The notes beneath the pieces are model-generated. The model worked only from the letters and a program-made list of their open reading frames with translations, had not been told where the DNA came from and ran no database searches. A stretch of 64,000 nt of DNA. Origin: an uncultured Pseudomonadota bacterium. Its GTDB lineage: Bacteria > Pseudomonadota > Gammaproteobacteria > Burkholderiales > SG8-39. The stretch spans positions 1,063-65,062 of the forward strand of contig CALCIE010000052.1 in the NCBI GenBank assembly GCA_937907425.1, read 5' to 3'. A program made the translations under genes and the position numbers. Positions 41,524 to 52,659 of the stretch are shown here, piece after piece (within the stretch, counting starts at the first letter, position 1; the number at the start of each line of letters is the position of its first letter).

Positions 41524-44097
41524 TCAGGCCAGCGCTTCCAGCAGCTCCTGTTCGAGCTGCAATACGCGCTTCTCGTCCTCCAGCGCCGCGCCGCTCACCA
41601 CGAACACGTCCTCGGCGCGTTCGCCCAGCGTGACGATCTTCGCCATGTGCAGGGTGATCTCGTGCGCGCTCAGCACGCGCGCGATGCGGTAGAGCAGGCC
41701 GGGCTGGTCGCCCGCCGTCACACTGAGCAGGTGGTACTGGTGTTTGTCGTCGGGCCGGATCTGCACGTCCGGCGCGATGGGGAAGTGCTTGAGCTGCCGC
41801 GACACGCGGCCGCGCGCGGGCGGACCGAGGGGCGCCTTGCGTTCCAGGTGCTCGCTCAGCTCGTATTCGATCAGGTTGACCAGGTCGCGGTACTGGTGCG
41901 AGGTGCTCATGCCGAGCACCACGAAGCTGTTGAGCGAATAGCCGTGGCGCGTGGTGTGGATGCGCGCTTCGGCGATGTTGAAGTTGATCGATTCGAAATA
42001 GCCGCAGATGCGCGCGAACAGGTCGCGGTCGGCACGGCTGTAGACCATCACCTGCAGGCCCTCGCCGGAGGGGAAGACGCGCGCCTTGACCACCGGCTTC
42101 TCGGTATTGACGCGCCAGTGCAGGTTGCGGGTCTGCCAGGCGATATCGTCCGGTTCGTGCCGCAGGAAGTAGGCGACGTCCAGATGGCGCCACAGGCGCT
42201 CGGCGTACTCGTCCGGCAGGGCTTGCAGCCGCAGGAGCCGCAGCGCTTCGCTCTGGCGCGCGTGCACGTCCAGATCGAGCGGTTCGCCGGGACCCGAAAG
42301 CACCCGGCGCGTCGCATGGAACAGATCCTCCAGCAGCTTGCCTTTCCAGGCGTTCCATACGGTGGGGCTGGTGCCGCGGATGTCGGCGACCGTGAGCAGA
42401 TAAAGCGCGACGAGCCGCCGCTCGCTGCCGACGATGGCGGCGAACTCGCGCACCACGTCCGGGTCGGTGAGGTCGCGCTTCTGCGCGGTGTTCGACATGG
42501 TGAGGTGGTGTTCGACCAGGAACGCCACCAGCTCGGTGTCCTCCGCCGACAGGCCGTGCGCGCGGCAGAACTGCAGGGCGTCCGCCTTGCCGAGTTGCGA
42601 GTGATCGCCGCCGCGTCCCTTGGCGATGTCGTGGAACAGCGCGGCGATGTAGAGCAGCCAGTTGCGTTCGAAGGTCGTCATCAGCCGGCTGCAGAGCGGG
42701 TACTCGTGCGCGTATTCCGCCAGGGTGAAGCGGCGCAGATTGCGCACCACCATGAGGATGTGCTGGTCCACGGTGTAGACGTGGAACAGGTCGTGCTGCA
42801 TTTGGCCGACGATGCGGCCGAAGGCGGGGAGATACCGCCCGAGGATGTCGTACTGGTTCATGCGCCGCAGCTCGTGCACGATGCCGCGCGGCTGCTGCAG
42901 GATCTGCAGGAACAGCGCGCGATGGCGCGGGTTGCGGCGGAAGGCGGCGTCGATGCGCACGCGCGCGCGCCACAATGCCCGCAGCGTGGGCGCCGTCATG
43001 CCTTTCAGTTCGGAATGCTGCTGCAGGAGCAGGAAGCTCTCCAGGATCGCTGCGGGCTCGCGTTCGAAGAGTTCCGGATCGCGCGCGTGCAGCAGATCGC
43101 GCTGGCGCAGGAAGCGCTCGTTGATCGCCTCGGTGCCGGTGCCGTCGTCGGGAAACAGCGCGGCTTCGAGGTTCTGGATCAGGATGGTGTTGAGCTGGGT
43201 GATGGCCTTGGCGACGCGGTAGTAGTGCTGCATGAACACTTCGCTCGCGCGCTTGCCCTGCTGCCCGCTGAAGCCGTATTCCCGCGCCAGCGCTTCCTGA
43301 TGATCGAACAGGATGCGCTCCTCGCGTCTGCCCGCGAGCAGGTGCAGGCGCAGCCGCAGGCCCTTGAGCCAGTTCTCGTGCCGCCGCAGGCTGCGCGCCT
43401 CCTCGCGGGTGATGAGCGCGCGTTCGGCGAGCTCGTTCCAGTCCGCGCCGAAGCCCGCCGCGCGGCTCATCCAGAGGATGGTCTGCAGGTCGCGTAGCCC
43501 ACCCGGCGCTTCCTTGATGTTCGGCTCCAGGCTGTAAGGGCTGTCCTGGTATTTGGCATGGCGCTGCTGCTGTTCCAGCAGCTTGGCGCGGAAGAACAGC
43601 CGCGGGTCGAGGCGGGCGGTGAAGGTCGCGCGCAGGCGTTCGTACAGGCGCCGGCTGCCGCAGAGGTAACGCGCTTCGAGCAGGGCGGTCTGGACGGTGA
43701 TGTCCTTGGCCGCTTCCTCTATGCATTCGTCGATCGTGCGCACGCTGTGGCCGATGTTGAGGCCCAGGTCCCACAGCCCGCCCACGAAGCGTTCCAGGGT
43801 CTGTGCCACGGCGGCCTCGGGGGCGGCCGGCAGCAGGACCAGCACGTCCACGTCGGAATGCGGGAACTGGTCGCCGCGTCCGTAGCCGCCGACCGCCACC
43901 AGGGCGAAGTCGCGCGGCAGGGCGGCGGCTTGCCAGGCCTCGCGCAGTAACTGGTCGATCAGCCGGCAATGGGCGCGCAGATAGCGCGCGGCGGCACGGT
44001 CGGTCCGGAAGGCGGCGGCCAGCGCGGCCCGGCCGGTCGCCAGCCGCTGGCGCGAGGCGCCGGCGGCGTCGGCGAGTCGGGCGGGCACCGAAACCAT
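41524..44097 (-). CDS. glnD: Bifunctional [protein-PII] uridylyltransferase/uridylyl-removing enzyme
   Basis: Nucleotidyltransferase 'GGYGRGDQFPHSDVDVLVL', HD domain 'HDIAKGRGGDH', and two C-terminal ACT-like domains. Directly downstream of map, as in many proteobacteria. Confidence 0.92.
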   Translation of the reverse strand: MVSVPARLADAAGASRQRLATGRAALAAAFRTDRAAARYLRAHCRLIDQLLREAWQAAALPRDFALVAVGGYGRGDQFPHSDVDVLVLLPAAPEAAVAQTLERFVGGLWDLGLNIGHSVRTIDECIEEAAKDITVQTALLEARYLCGSRRLYERLRATFTARLDPRLFFRAKLLEQQQRHAKYQDSPYSLEPNIKEAPGGLRDLQTILWMSRAAGFGADWNELAERALITREEARSLRRHENWLKGLRLRLHLLAGRREERILFDHQEALAREYGFSGQQGKRASEVFMQHYYRVAKAITQLNTILIQNLEAALFPDDGTGTEAINERFLRQRDLLHARDPELFEREPAAILESFLLLQQHSELKGMTAPTLRALWRARVRIDAAFRRNPRHRALFLQILQQPRGIVHELRRMNQYDILGRYLPAFGRIVGQMQHDLFHVYTVDQHILMVVRNLRRFTLAEYAHEYPLCSRLMTTFERNWLLYIAALFHDIAKGRGGDHSQLGKADALQFCRAHGLSAEDTELVAFLVEHHLTMSNTAQKRDLTDPDVVREFAAIVGSERRLVALYLLTVADIRGTSPTVWNAWKGKLLEDLFHATRRVLSGPGEPLDLDVHARQSEALRLLRLQALPDEYAERLWRHLDVAYFLRHEPDDIAWQTRNLHWRVNTEKPVVKARVFPSGEGLQVMVYSRADRDLFARICGYFESINFNIAEARIHTTRHGYSLNSFVVLGMSTSHQYRDLVNLIEYELSEHLERKAPLGPPARGRVSRQLKHFPIAPDVQIRPDDKHQYHLLSVTAGDQPGLLYRIARVLSAHEITLHMAKIVTLGERAEDVFVVSGAALEDEKRVLQLEQELLEALA

Positions 44098-44098
44098 C

Positions 44099-44920
44099 TC
44101 AGGCGGCTTGCAGGCTCTGGGGCATGGGCGGCGCGCCGGGCGAGACGGTCAGGACCTCGTAGCCGGTCTGGGTGACCAGCACGGTGTGCTCCCATTGGGC
44201 GGACAGGCTGCGGTCCTGGGTGAGGATGGTCCAGCCGTCGGCGCGTTTGCCCTTGAGTTCGCGGATGCCCGGCTTGCCGGCGTTGATCATCGGCTCGATG
44301 GTGAAAATCATGCCGGGCTGCAGCTTGAGCCCGGTGCCGGGACGGCCGTAATGCAGCACCTGCGGCTCCTCGTGGAATTTGCGGCCGATGCCGTGGCCGC
44401 AGAATTCGCGCACCACGCTGTAGCCGTGGGCTTCGGCGTGGCGCTGGATGGCATGGCCGATGTCGCCCAGGTAGGCCCCGGGGCGCACCTTGAGGATGCC
44501 GATCCACATGCATTCGAAAGTCACCTCGCACAGGCGCCGGGCCTGGATCGAGGGCTCGCCGATGTAGAACATCCGGCTCGTGTCGCCGTGGAAGCCGTCC
44601 TTGGTGATGATGGTGATGTCGATGTTGAGGATGTCGCCGTTTTTCAGCACGTACTCGTTCGGCACGCCGTGGCAGACGACATCGTTCACCGAGGTGCAGA
44701 TGGCCTTGGGATAGGGCGGATAGCCGGGCGGCGCGTAGTTGAGCGGGGCCGGCGTGGTGCCCTGCACGTCGCGCATGTATTCGTGGCACAGGCGGTCCAG
44801 TTCGGCGGTCGTGATGCCCGGTTTGACGTACGGGGTGATGAAGTCGAGGACCTCCGCCGCGAGCCGGCCGGCGACCCGCATGCCTTCGATTTCTTCCGGA
44901 GTCTTGATGACGACCGCCAT
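44099..44920 (-). CDS. map: Type I methionine aminopeptidase
   Basis: 'VCHGVPN', 'LNIDITI', 'GHGIGRKFHEEP' and 'FTIEPM' metal-ligand motifs. ATG 44920 (MAVVIKTPEEIE). Confidence 0.92.
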   Translation of the reverse strand: MAVVIKTPEEIEGMRVAGRLAAEVLDFITPYVKPGITTAELDRLCHEYMRDVQGTTPAPLNYAPPGYPPYPKAICTSVNDVVCHGVPNEYVLKNGDILNIDITIITKDGFHGDTSRMFYIGEPSIQARRLCEVTFECMWIGILKVRPGAYLGDIGHAIQRHAEAHGYSVVREFCGHGIGRKFHEEPQVLHYGRPGTGLKLQPGMIFTIEPMINAGKPGIRELKGKRADGWTILTQDRSLSAQWEHTVLVTQTGYEVLTVSPGAPPMPQSLQAA

Positions 44921-45029
44921 GGTTGGTACTGCCTTTCGCAAAACACGCAAGCATAAGTGATGGCCGCGGACGAGGCAATTTGACCCGGTTCACGCCGGCC
45001 GGCTAATGGCTTGTCGGACAAGGCCAATA

Positions 45030-45059
45030 TTGGGGAGCGGGCGGGCGGCGTGCTATACT
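45030..45059 (+). promoter_or_regulatory. Candidate sigma70 promoter of rpsB-tsf (TTGGGG-18 nt-TATACT)
   Basis: Read from the sequence. It lies about 160 nt upstream of the rpsB ATG and is followed by a GC-rich, highly self-complementary leader. Confidence 0.3.
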
Positions 45060-45219
45060 CCGCGGCCACTTGGGCGCTGTTTGATCGGCCCGGGTGAAAG
45101 GCGGTGTCCGGGATGGCCCGGGCGCCGGAATCCAGCGTCCGTCCTTTAGGGTGCCCCGTCCCGGCGGGGTTTCGGTACACGGACGGACGTCAGCAACCAA
45201 CCCTAAAACGGAGCGATCC

Positions 45220-45966
45220 ATGTCCACGACCATGCGTCAGATGCTGGAGGCTGGCGTCCATTTCGGACACCAGACCCGCTACTGGAACCCGAAGATGGCG
45301 CCTTACATCTTCGGTCACCGCAACAAGATCCACATCATCAACCTCGAGAAGACGTTGGTGATGTACAACGAGGCGATCAAGTACGTTCGCCAGCTCGCGG
45401 CGAACAAAGGCACCATCCTGTTCGTCGGCACCAAGCGCGCCGCGCGCGACATCGTGCGCGAGGAAGCCACGCGCTGCGGCATGCCCTACGTCGATCATCG
45501 CTGGCTGGGCGGCATGCTGACCAACTTCAAGACCGTCAAGCAGTCGATCAAGCGCCTCAAGGAAATGGAGCAGGCCGTCGAGGACGGCACCGTCGAGCGC
45601 ATGGCGAAGAAAGAAGCGCTGCACTTCATGCGCGAACTGGAGAAGCTGCAGCGCTCGATCGGCGGCATCAAGAACCTGGAATCGCTGCCCGACGCGCTGT
45701 TCGTGATCGACGTCGGCTATCAGAAGGGCGCCGTCGATGAGGCGAACAAGCTCGGCATCCCGGTGGTCGCCGTGGTCGATACCAACAATTCGCCCGAGGG
45801 CATCGCCCACGTCATCCCCGGCAACGACGACTCGGCCCGCGCCATCCGCCTCTATTGCCGCGGCATCGCCGACGCCGTGCTGGAAGGCCGCGCGCAGTCG
45901 ATCCAGGAAATCGTCAGCGCCGGCGACGACGAGTTCGTCGAGGTGGAAGAAAGCGCCGAGAGCTGA
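45220..45966 (+). CDS. rpsB: 30S ribosomal protein S2
   Basis: '[39 protein letters not shown]' is near-universal S2 sequence. Confidence 0.95.
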   Translation: MSTTMRQMLEAGVHFGHQTRYWNPKMAPYIFGHRNKIHIINLEKTLVMYNEAIKYVRQLAANKGTILFVGTKRAARDIVREEATRCGMPYVDHRWLGGMLTNFKTVKQSIKRLKEMEQAVEDGTVERMAKKEALHFMRELEKLQRSIGGIKNLESLPDALFVIDVGYQKGAVDEANKLGIPVVAVVDTNNSPEGIAHVIPGNDDSARAIRLYCRGIADAVLEGRAQSIQEIVSAGDDEFVEVEESAES

Positions 45967-46009
45967 GCGTGCCGGCCGGGCCGGGCGATTGCTTGAGGCA
46001 CAGGATTCG

Positions 46010-46035
46010 AAAGGGGCGTCAGTGCCCCTTTTTTT
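46010..46035 (+). terminator. Rho-independent terminator/attenuator between rpsB and tsf
   Basis: AAA-GGGGC-gtcagt-GCCCC-TTTTTTT, read directly. Confidence 0.6.
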
Positions 46036-46116
46036 AAAGATTCATGACGGATCGCGGCTCGATCCGTAACGCGATGGGCCCCGCGAACGGGGCGAGTACC
46101 AGACAAGGAGCAAGGA

Positions 46117-46998
46117 ATGGCTGAAATTACCGCAGCGATGGTGAAAGAGCTGCGCGAGATCACCGGACTGGGCATGATGGAGTGCAAGAAGGCCCTGGTC
46201 GAAGCGGACGGCGACCTGAAGAAAGCCGAGGATCTGCTGCGCATCAAGAGCGGCGCCAAGGCCAGCAAGGCGGCGAGCCGTGTGGCGGCCGAAGGCGTGA
46301 TCGGCGCCTATCTCTCGCCCGACGCCAAGCTCGGCGCCCTGGTGGAACTGAACTGCGAGACCGATTTCGTGGCGAAGAACGAGGACTTCGTCGCCTTCGC
46401 CCGCGCGCTGGCCGAAACCGTGGCCCGGGAGAACCCGGCTGACGTCGAGGCGCTCGCCAAGCTGGACATCGGCGGCGAGAACATCGAAGCCAAGCGCCAG
46501 GCGCTGGTGCAGAAGATCGGCGAGAACATCGCCATCCGCCGCTTCGCGCGCATCCAGACCGACGCCAGGCTGTCGCAGTACCTGCATGGCAGCAAGATCG
46601 GCGTGCTGGTGGAACTGGAAGGCGGCGACGACGAGCTGGGCAAGGATCTCGCCATGCACATCGCCTTCGCCAAGCCGCAGTTCCTGTCGAAGGAGCAGGT
46701 CTCGCCGGAAGTCGTCGAGCGCGAGCGCGAAGTGCTGGCGGCGCGCGCGGCCGAATCCGGCAAGCCGGCGGAGATCGTCGCCAAGATGATCGAAGGCGGC
46801 CTCAACAAGTTCCTGAACGAGATCACGCTGCTCGGTCAGCCCTTCGTGAAGGACGACAAGGTGACGGTGGAGAAGCTGCTCGCCAACCGCAAGGCGAAGC
46901 TGCGCAGCTACAAGTTCTTCGTCGTCGGCGAGGGCATCGAGAAGAAGACCACCGACTTCGCCGCGGAAGTGATGGCGCAGGCTGGAGTGAGCAAATAA
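46117..46998 (+). CDS. tsf: Translation elongation factor Ts
   Basis: '[24 protein letters not shown]' UBA-like N-terminus and '[12 protein letters not shown]'. Confidence 0.95.
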   Translation: MAEITAAMVKELREITGLGMMECKKALVEADGDLKKAEDLLRIKSGAKASKAASRVAAEGVIGAYLSPDAKLGALVELNCETDFVAKNEDFVAFARALAETVARENPADVEALAKLDIGGENIEAKRQALVQKIGENIAIRRFARIQTDARLSQYLHGSKIGVLVELEGGDDELGKDLAMHIAFAKPQFLSKEQVSPEVVEREREVLAARAAESGKPAEIVAKMIEGGLNKFLNEITLLGQPFVKDDKVTVEKLLANRKAKLRSYKFFVVGEGIEKKTTDFAAEVMAQAGVSK

Positions 46999-47013
46999 CG
47001 AACGAGAGCCGCT

Positions 47014-47730
47014 ATGCCCGAACCGCGCCTCAAGCGCATTCTGTTGAAGTTGAGCGGTGAAGCCCTGATGGGTGAGGATCCCTTCGGGATCAACCGCGAT
47101 ATCGTCGAAAACATCGTGGCGGAAATCGCCGCGGTGCACGAGCTGGGCGTCGAGATCGGCGTGGTCATCGGCGGCGGCAACATCTTCCGCGGCGTCGCGC
47201 TCGGCGCCGGCGGTATGGACCGCGCCACCGCCGATTACATGGGCATGCTGGCCACGGTGATGAACGCGCTGGCGCTGGCGGACGTGATGAGGCAGAAAGG
47301 CCTGAACGCCCGGGTGCAGTCGGCCATCCGCATCGAGCAGGTGGTCGAGCCGTACATCAGGCCGAAGGCCATCCGCTATCTCGAAGAGGGCAAGATCGTC
47401 ATCTTCGCCGCCGGCACCGGCAACCCGTTCTTCACCACGGACACGGCGGCCGCTCTTCGCGGCAGCGAGATCGGAGCGGAAATGGTGCTCAAGGCGACCA
47501 AGGTCGACGGCGTCTATACCGCCGATCCGATGAAGGACCCGAGCGCGCGCCGCTACGACAAGGTGTCGTTCGACGAGGCCATCGCCCGCGATCTCAAGGT
47601 CATGGATGCCACGGCGCTAGCGCTGTGCCGCGATCAGAAGCTGCCGATCACGGTGTTCAGCCTGTACAAGCCGGGCGCGCTCAAGCGCGTGGTCATGGGC
47701 GAGAACGAGGGTACGCTGGTGCACGTCTAG
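47014..47730 (+). CDS. pyrH: UMP kinase
   Basis: '[11 protein letters not shown]', '[11 protein letters not shown]', '[11 protein letters not shown]'. Confidence 0.95.
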   Translation: MPEPRLKRILLKLSGEALMGEDPFGINRDIVENIVAEIAAVHELGVEIGVVIGGGNIFRGVALGAGGMDRATADYMGMLATVMNALALADVMRQKGLNARVQSAIRIEQVVEPYIRPKAIRYLEEGKIVIFAAGTGNPFFTTDTAAALRGSEIGAEMVLKATKVDGVYTADPMKDPSARRYDKVSFDEAIARDLKVMDATALALCRDQKLPITVFSLYKPGALKRVVMGENEGTLVHV

Positions 47731-47791
47731 CGTGCCCGCGACCGGCGCCCCGAGGGCCCGGCAAAGCTATCGAGGATTCGAGGACGAGAAC

Positions 47792-48352
47792 ATGGATCCC
47801 GCAAGTATCAAGAAAACGACCGAACAGAAGATGCAGAAGTCGATCGAGGCGCTCAAGGCCGATCTCGCCAAGATCCGCACCGGTCGGGCGCATCCCGGTC
47901 TGCTCGATCACGTCACTGTCGACTATTACGGCGTCCAGACGCCGATCAACCAGGTCGCCAACGTCACGGTGCTCGACGCCCGCACGCTGGGCGTGCAGCC
48001 GTGGGAGAAGAAGATGGTGGCGGCGGTGGAGAAGGCGATCCGCGAAGCGGATCTCGGCCTCAATCCCCAAACCCAGGGCGAAATGATCCGGGTGCCGATG
48101 CCGCCGCTCACCGAGGAGCGCCGCCGCGAGCTGATCAAGGTGGTGAAGCAGGAGGGCGAGAACGCCAAGGTGGCGGTGCGCAACCTGCGGCGCGACGCCA
48201 ACCAGCAGTTGAAGGAGGCGCTCAAGGCGAAGACCATTTCCGAGGACGAGGAGCGGCGCGCGCAGGAGGACGTGCAGAAGCTGACCGACCGCCACATCGC
48301 CGAGATCGACAAACTGTTGCAGCAGAAAGAAGCCGAACTGCTGCAGATTTGA
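47792..48352 (+). CDS. frr: Ribosome recycling factor
   Basis: '[13 protein letters not shown]', '[14 protein letters not shown]', 'NLRRDAN'. ATG 47792. Confidence 0.93.
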   Translation: MDPASIKKTTEQKMQKSIEALKADLAKIRTGRAHPGLLDHVTVDYYGVQTPINQVANVTVLDARTLGVQPWEKKMVAAVEKAIREADLGLNPQTQGEMIRVPMPPLTEERRRELIKVVKQEGENAKVAVRNLRRDANQQLKEALKAKTISEDEERRAQEDVQKLTDRHIAEIDKLLQQKEAELLQI

Positions 48353-48418
48353 GTCTTTCGGCTGCGCGGCGGCGCGGCCGGTGCCCATAGACGAGCTGTC
48401 GCGCCAGTCGAGGAGCCC

Positions 48419-49231
48419 ATGTTCACGAGTTCGACCCACGCCATACCGGAGACCCGCGCCATTCCCCGCCATGTGGCCATCATCATGGACGGCAACGGGC
48501 GGTGGGCGAAGCAGCGCTTCATGCCGCGCATCGCCGGCCACCGCAAAGGCGCGGACGCCGTGCGTGCGGCGGTGCGCGCCTGCGCCGAGCGCGGCATCGA
48601 GTACCTGACGCTCTTTGCCTTCAGCTCCGAGAACTGGCGTCGTCCGGCCGAAGAGGTGTCGATGCTCAAGCAGCTCTTCCGCAGCGCGCTCGAGAACGAG
48701 GTCGCCAAGCTGCACGAGAACAACATCCGCCTGCGGGTCATCGGCGACATCGCGGCTTTCGGCGAGGACATCGTGCGGCTGGTGCGCGAAGGCGAGGCGC
48801 TGACCGCGAACAACACCCGCCTGACGCTCACCATCGCCGCCAACTACGGCGGCCGCTGGGACCTGCTGCAGGCGGTCAACCGGCTCGTGACCGAACATCC
48901 GGAAAAGGCCGGACGCTACACCGAGGCGGATCTCGCGCCCTACCTGTCCATGCACTACGCGCCGGAGCCCGACCTCTTCATCCGCACCGGCGGCGAGCAG
49001 CGCATCAGCAACTTCCTGCTGTGGCAGCTCGCCTACACCGAGTTCTATTTCACCGACCTCCTGTGGCCGGATTTCAACGCCGTGGCGTTGGACAAGGCCA
49101 TCGAGTCCTATCAGCGGCGCGAGCGCCGTTTCGGGCGCACCAGCGAACAGGTGGCGCAGGCCGCGCGCGAGGCGGCGGGCGCATCGAGCGTGGTCGAATT
49201 GCCCGACCCGCGGCAGAAGCTGGCGTCCTGA
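48419..49231 (+). CDS. uppS: Di-trans,poly-cis-undecaprenyl-diphosphate synthase
   Basis: '[13 protein letters not shown]', '[13 protein letters not shown]', '[15 protein letters not shown]'. Confidence 0.93.
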   Translation: MFTSSTHAIPETRAIPRHVAIIMDGNGRWAKQRFMPRIAGHRKGADAVRAAVRACAERGIEYLTLFAFSSENWRRPAEEVSMLKQLFRSALENEVAKLHENNIRLRVIGDIAAFGEDIVRLVREGEALTANNTRLTLTIAANYGGRWDLLQAVNRLVTEHPEKAGRYTEADLAPYLSMHYAPEPDLFIRTGGEQRISNFLLWQLAYTEFYFTDLLWPDFNAVALDKAIESYQRRERRFGRTSEQVAQAAREAAGASSVVELPDPRQKLAS

Positions 49232-49249
49232 TTCGCTGCGCGAGACGGC

Positions 49250-50080
49250 ATGCTGCGCGAACGGGTGCTCACCGCGCTGGTGCTGATCGGCGTGCTGCTG
49301 GGGGCGCTGTTCTTCCTGCCGGCGACCGGTTGGGCGCTGTTCATGGGCGTGGCGGTGTACGGCGCCGCCTGGGAGTGGGCGGGACTTGCGGGCTGTTCCG
49401 CGGCCCATCGTGCGGCCTTCGGCGCCGTGCTGGCCGGCGGCGGGCTTGCCTGGGCCTATGCGACCGGGTTGCTGGGCGAGACCGCCCGGCCGGAGGCGCT
49501 GACGGCTGTCTATCTGCTTGCGGCGGCGTTCTGGGCCATTGGCGTCCCATTGTGGCTGCGGCTGCGGCCGCAGCGCGTGGCGGGGGCGCTGCTGCTCGTC
49601 ATCGGCGCGCTCGTGCTGCTTTCGACCTATTCCGCCCTCGTGCAGCTGCGCGAGGCGCATCCGCTCACGCTGCTGCTTTTCCTGGCGACCGTCTGGGTCG
49701 CGGACATCGCCGCCTACTTCGCCGGCCGGCGTTTCGGCGGCCGTAAGCTTGCGCCGAACATCAGTCCGGGCAAGACTTGGGCGGGCGTCTACGGCGCATT
49801 CATTGCCACGGCCGTGTATGCGGCGCTATGGATCGCGCTGCTGCCGCAGTTCGTGCCGGCGCGCATCGATACGCTGCCCGGCGGGAAGTTGTGGATGTTC
49901 GTGTTCGTCGCCGCGCTGACGGCGGTGGCGATCCTCGGCGATTTGTTCGAATCGGCGCTGAAACGCCGGGTCGGAGTGAAGGACAGCGGCCACTTGTTGC
50001 CCGGGCATGGCGGCGTGCTCGACCGCGTGGACGCCTTGCTTCCGGTATTGCCTCTTGCCGCCTTGGTGGTGTCGTTATGA
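49250..50080 (+). CDS. cdsA: Phosphatidate cytidylyltransferase
   Basis: Multi-TM protein with the CDS signature '[27 protein letters not shown]'. Confidence 0.92.
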   Translation: MLRERVLTALVLIGVLLGALFFLPATGWALFMGVAVYGAAWEWAGLAGCSAAHRAAFGAVLAGGGLAWAYATGLLGETARPEALTAVYLLAAAFWAIGVPLWLRLRPQRVAGALLLVIGALVLLSTYSALVQLREAHPLTLLLFLATVWVADIAAYFAGRRFGGRKLAPNISPGKTWAGVYGAFIATAVYAALWIALLPQFVPARIDTLPGGKLWMFVFVAALTAVAILGDLFESALKRRVGVKDSGHLLPGHGGVLDRVDALLPVLPLAALVVSL

Positions 50081-51279
50081 GTTCAGTCCAGCGTATCACC
50101 GTACTCGGTGCCACCGGCTCCATCGGCCGCAGCACCCTCGACGTGGTGGCACGGCATCCGGACCGCTTCAAGATCCACGCGCTGACGGCGCACCGTAACG
50201 TCGATGCGCTGTTCGAAGCCTGCGTCGCGCACCGGCCGCCCTTCGCCGTCGTGGCCGAACCCTCAGCCGCGCGCACGCTCGCCGCACGGCTCGCCCAGGC
50301 TTCGATCGACACGCGGGTCCTGAGCGGGGAAGAGGGCCTCATCGAAGCGGCCACGCACCCGGACGTGGACAGCGTCATGGCGGCGATCGTCGGGGCGGCC
50401 GGCCTCAAACCCACGCTCGCCGCGGCGCGCGCCGGCAAGAAGATCCTGCTCGCCAACAAGGAAGCGCTGGTGATGGCCGGGCCCATTTTCATGGCCGCGG
50501 TGCGCGCGCACGGCGCTGCCTTGCTGCCGATCGACAGCGAGCACAACGCCATCTTCCAATGCCTGCCGGCGCTCGCTTCGGGGCGGCTCGCCGATTGCGG
50601 CGTGCGGCGCATCCTGCTCACCGGCAGCGGCGGACCGTTCCGCACCCGGCCGATTTCGGAACTGGCGCATGTCACGCCCGAGCAGGCCTGCGCCCATCCG
50701 GTGTGGAACATGGGCCGCAAGATCTCGGTCGACTCGGCGACGATGATGAACAAGGCGCTGGAGGTGGTCGAAGCGCATTGGCTGTTCGGCGCGTCGCCCG
50801 AGCAGATCGAGGTCGTGATCCATCCGCAGAGCGTGGTGCATTCGATGGTGGAATACGCGGACGGTTCGGTGATCGCGCAGTTGGGGCATCCCGACATGCG
50901 TACGCCCATCGCGCAGGCGCTCGCTTATCCCGACCGCGTCGATGCCGGCGTGGCGTTCCTCGATCTGGCGAAAATCGGCAGCCTGAGTTTCGAGAAACCG
51001 GACTTCGAGCGCTTCCGCGCGCTCGCGCTCGCCTACGAAGTGCTGGCCGCGGGCGGCAGCGCGCCCGCGGTCTTCAACGCCGCGAACGAAGTGGCGGTGG
51101 ATGCCTTCCTCGCCAAGGAGCTTTCCTTCCCGCGCATCACCGAAGTGATCGAGGCCACGCTCGACCGGCTGCCCGCACGTGAAATCCAGTCGCTCGAAGA
51201 CGTGATCGAGGCGGACCGTGCCGCGCGCGTCCAAGCCGCGGCGCTGCTCAAGCCGCGCACCCTGGTCGGAGCCGCATGA
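50077..51279 (+). CDS. dxr: 1-deoxy-D-xylulose 5-phosphate reductoisomerase
   Basis: '[17 protein letters not shown]', 'LANKEALV', 'PIDSEH.AIFQ'. The ATG overlaps the cdsA stop (ATGA). Confidence 0.93.
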   Translation: MSSVQRITVLGATGSIGRSTLDVVARHPDRFKIHALTAHRNVDALFEACVAHRPPFAVVAEPSAARTLAARLAQASIDTRVLSGEEGLIEAATHPDVDSVMAAIVGAAGLKPTLAAARAGKKILLANKEALVMAGPIFMAAVRAHGAALLPIDSEHNAIFQCLPALASGRLADCGVRRILLTGSGGPFRTRPISELAHVTPEQACAHPVWNMGRKISVDSATMMNKALEVVEAHWLFGASPEQIEVVIHPQSVVHSMVEYADGSVIAQLGHPDMRTPIAQALAYPDRVDAGVAFLDLAKIGSLSFEKPDFERFRALALAYEVLAAGGSAPAVFNAANEVAVDAFLAKELSFPRITEVIEATLDRLPAREIQSLEDVIEADRAARVQAAALLKPRTLVGAA

Positions 51280-52640
51280 ACCTGCTGCATACGCTGCTGT
51301 CGTTCGCCGTCGCGCTCGGCGTGCTGATCGTCGTGCACGAGTTCGGCCATTACCTGGTCGCGCGCTGGTGCGGCGTCAAGGTGCTGCGCTTCTCGGTCGG
51401 TTTCGGGAAGCCGATCTTCATGCGCAGGCTGGGACGCGACCGCACTGAATGGGCGATCGCCGCCATTCCGCTCGGCGGCTACGTGAAGATGCTCGACGAG
51501 CGCGAAGGGGAGGTCGCGCCCGAAGAGCTGCCGCGCGCCTTCAACCGCCAGAACGTGTGGAAACGTTTCGCCATCGTCGCCGCCGGCCCGCTGGCGAATT
51601 TCCTGCTCGCCATCGTGCTCTATGCCGTCCTCTTCGTCGGCGGCGTGCAGGAACTGAAGCCGATCGCGGGCAAGCCGGTCGAAGGCTCGCTCGCCGCGGC
51701 GGCGGGGATACGCGAGGGCGATACGGTCACGGCGGTGGACGGCGAAGCGGTGCGGAGCTGGCAGGACGTGCGCTGGGCGCTGCTCGACCGCGCCATCGAC
51801 CGCGAGCCCGTGACCCTCGAGGTGATCACGGCCGACCGAACGCTCGAGCGGCGCGTGCTCGATCTGTCGGGCCTGCACGCCGATCAAAGCGAGGGCGATC
51901 TGCTGCTGCAGATCGGTTTGCGGGCCTATCGTCCGCCGGTCGAGCCGGTGGTGGGGCAGGTCTCCGCAGGCAGTCCGGCCGAGCGCGCGGGCTTGCGGCT
52001 TGGCGATCGCATCGTCGCGATCGACGACGAGCCGGTGACGCATTGGGACACGCTGGTCGACCGGGTCCGCAACGCGCCGGGACGCGAGTTGCGTCTGACC
52101 GTGGAGCGCGACGGCCAGCGCCTGCAACTGTATCCGGTCCCCGACGCGGTGGGGGAAGGGGAAGCGCGTCGCGGCCGGCTGGGCGTCGCGCCGCAAGTCG
52201 ACGAAGCGCAGTTGCAGCCCTATTTCGTGGAAATCCGTTACGGCGTCGTCGAGGCCTTCGGCCGTGCCCTGGAGAAAACCTGGGACACCTCGGTCTTCTC
52301 TCTGCGCATGCTGGGCAAGATGGTGTTGGGCGAGGTGTCGTGGCGCAATCTGTCCGGGCCGGTGACCATCGCCGATTACGCCGGCCAGTCGGCGCAGCTC
52401 GGGCTGGCCGCGTATCTGTCCTTCCTCGCGCTCATCAGCATCAGTCTCGGGGTCTTGAATCTGCTGCCGATTCCGCTGCTCGACGGCGGGCACCTGATGT
52501 ACTATACGGCCGAAATTCTAAAAGGCAGTCCGGTATCCGAGCGGATCGTCGAACTGGGTCAGCGCGCCGGCCTCGTCGTCCTGCTCGCGCTCATGGTGTT
52601 TGCCTTTTATAACGATATAAGCCGGCTGCTCACCGGCTGA
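51276..52640 (+). CDS. rseP: RIP zinc metalloprotease RseP
   Basis: The [10 protein letters not shown] motif in TM1, two PDZ-like segments, and '[12 protein letters not shown]' near the C-terminus. Confidence 0.92.
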   Translation: MNLLHTLLSFAVALGVLIVVHEFGHYLVARWCGVKVLRFSVGFGKPIFMRRLGRDRTEWAIAAIPLGGYVKMLDEREGEVAPEELPRAFNRQNVWKRFAIVAAGPLANFLLAIVLYAVLFVGGVQELKPIAGKPVEGSLAAAAGIREGDTVTAVDGEAVRSWQDVRWALLDRAIDREPVTLEVITADRTLERRVLDLSGLHADQSEGDLLLQIGLRAYRPPVEPVVGQVSAGSPAERAGLRLGDRIVAIDDEPVTHWDTLVDRVRNAPGRELRLTVERDGQRLQLYPVPDAVGEGEARRGRLGVAPQVDEAQLQPYFVEIRYGVVEAFGRALEKTWDTSVFSLRMLGKMVLGEVSWRNLSGPVTIADYAGQSAQLGLAAYLSFLALISISLGVLNLLPIPLLDGGHLMYYTAEILKGSPVSERIVELGQRAGLVVLLALMVFAFYNDISRLLTG

Positions 52641-52659
52641 CGAGGAACACCGCCTCAAC

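Noticed and set aside
41240-43969. 909-aa (-) and 616-aa (+, 41647..43497) ORFs over glnD. Similar cases: 58847..61396, 47693..49660, 61107..62813, 36402..38189, 27785..29977, 27798..29813, 13502..15247, 15218..16936
   Set aside because: All overlap well-supported housekeeping genes in another frame or strand and have the Arg/Ala/Pro/Gly composition of off-frame high-GC translation.
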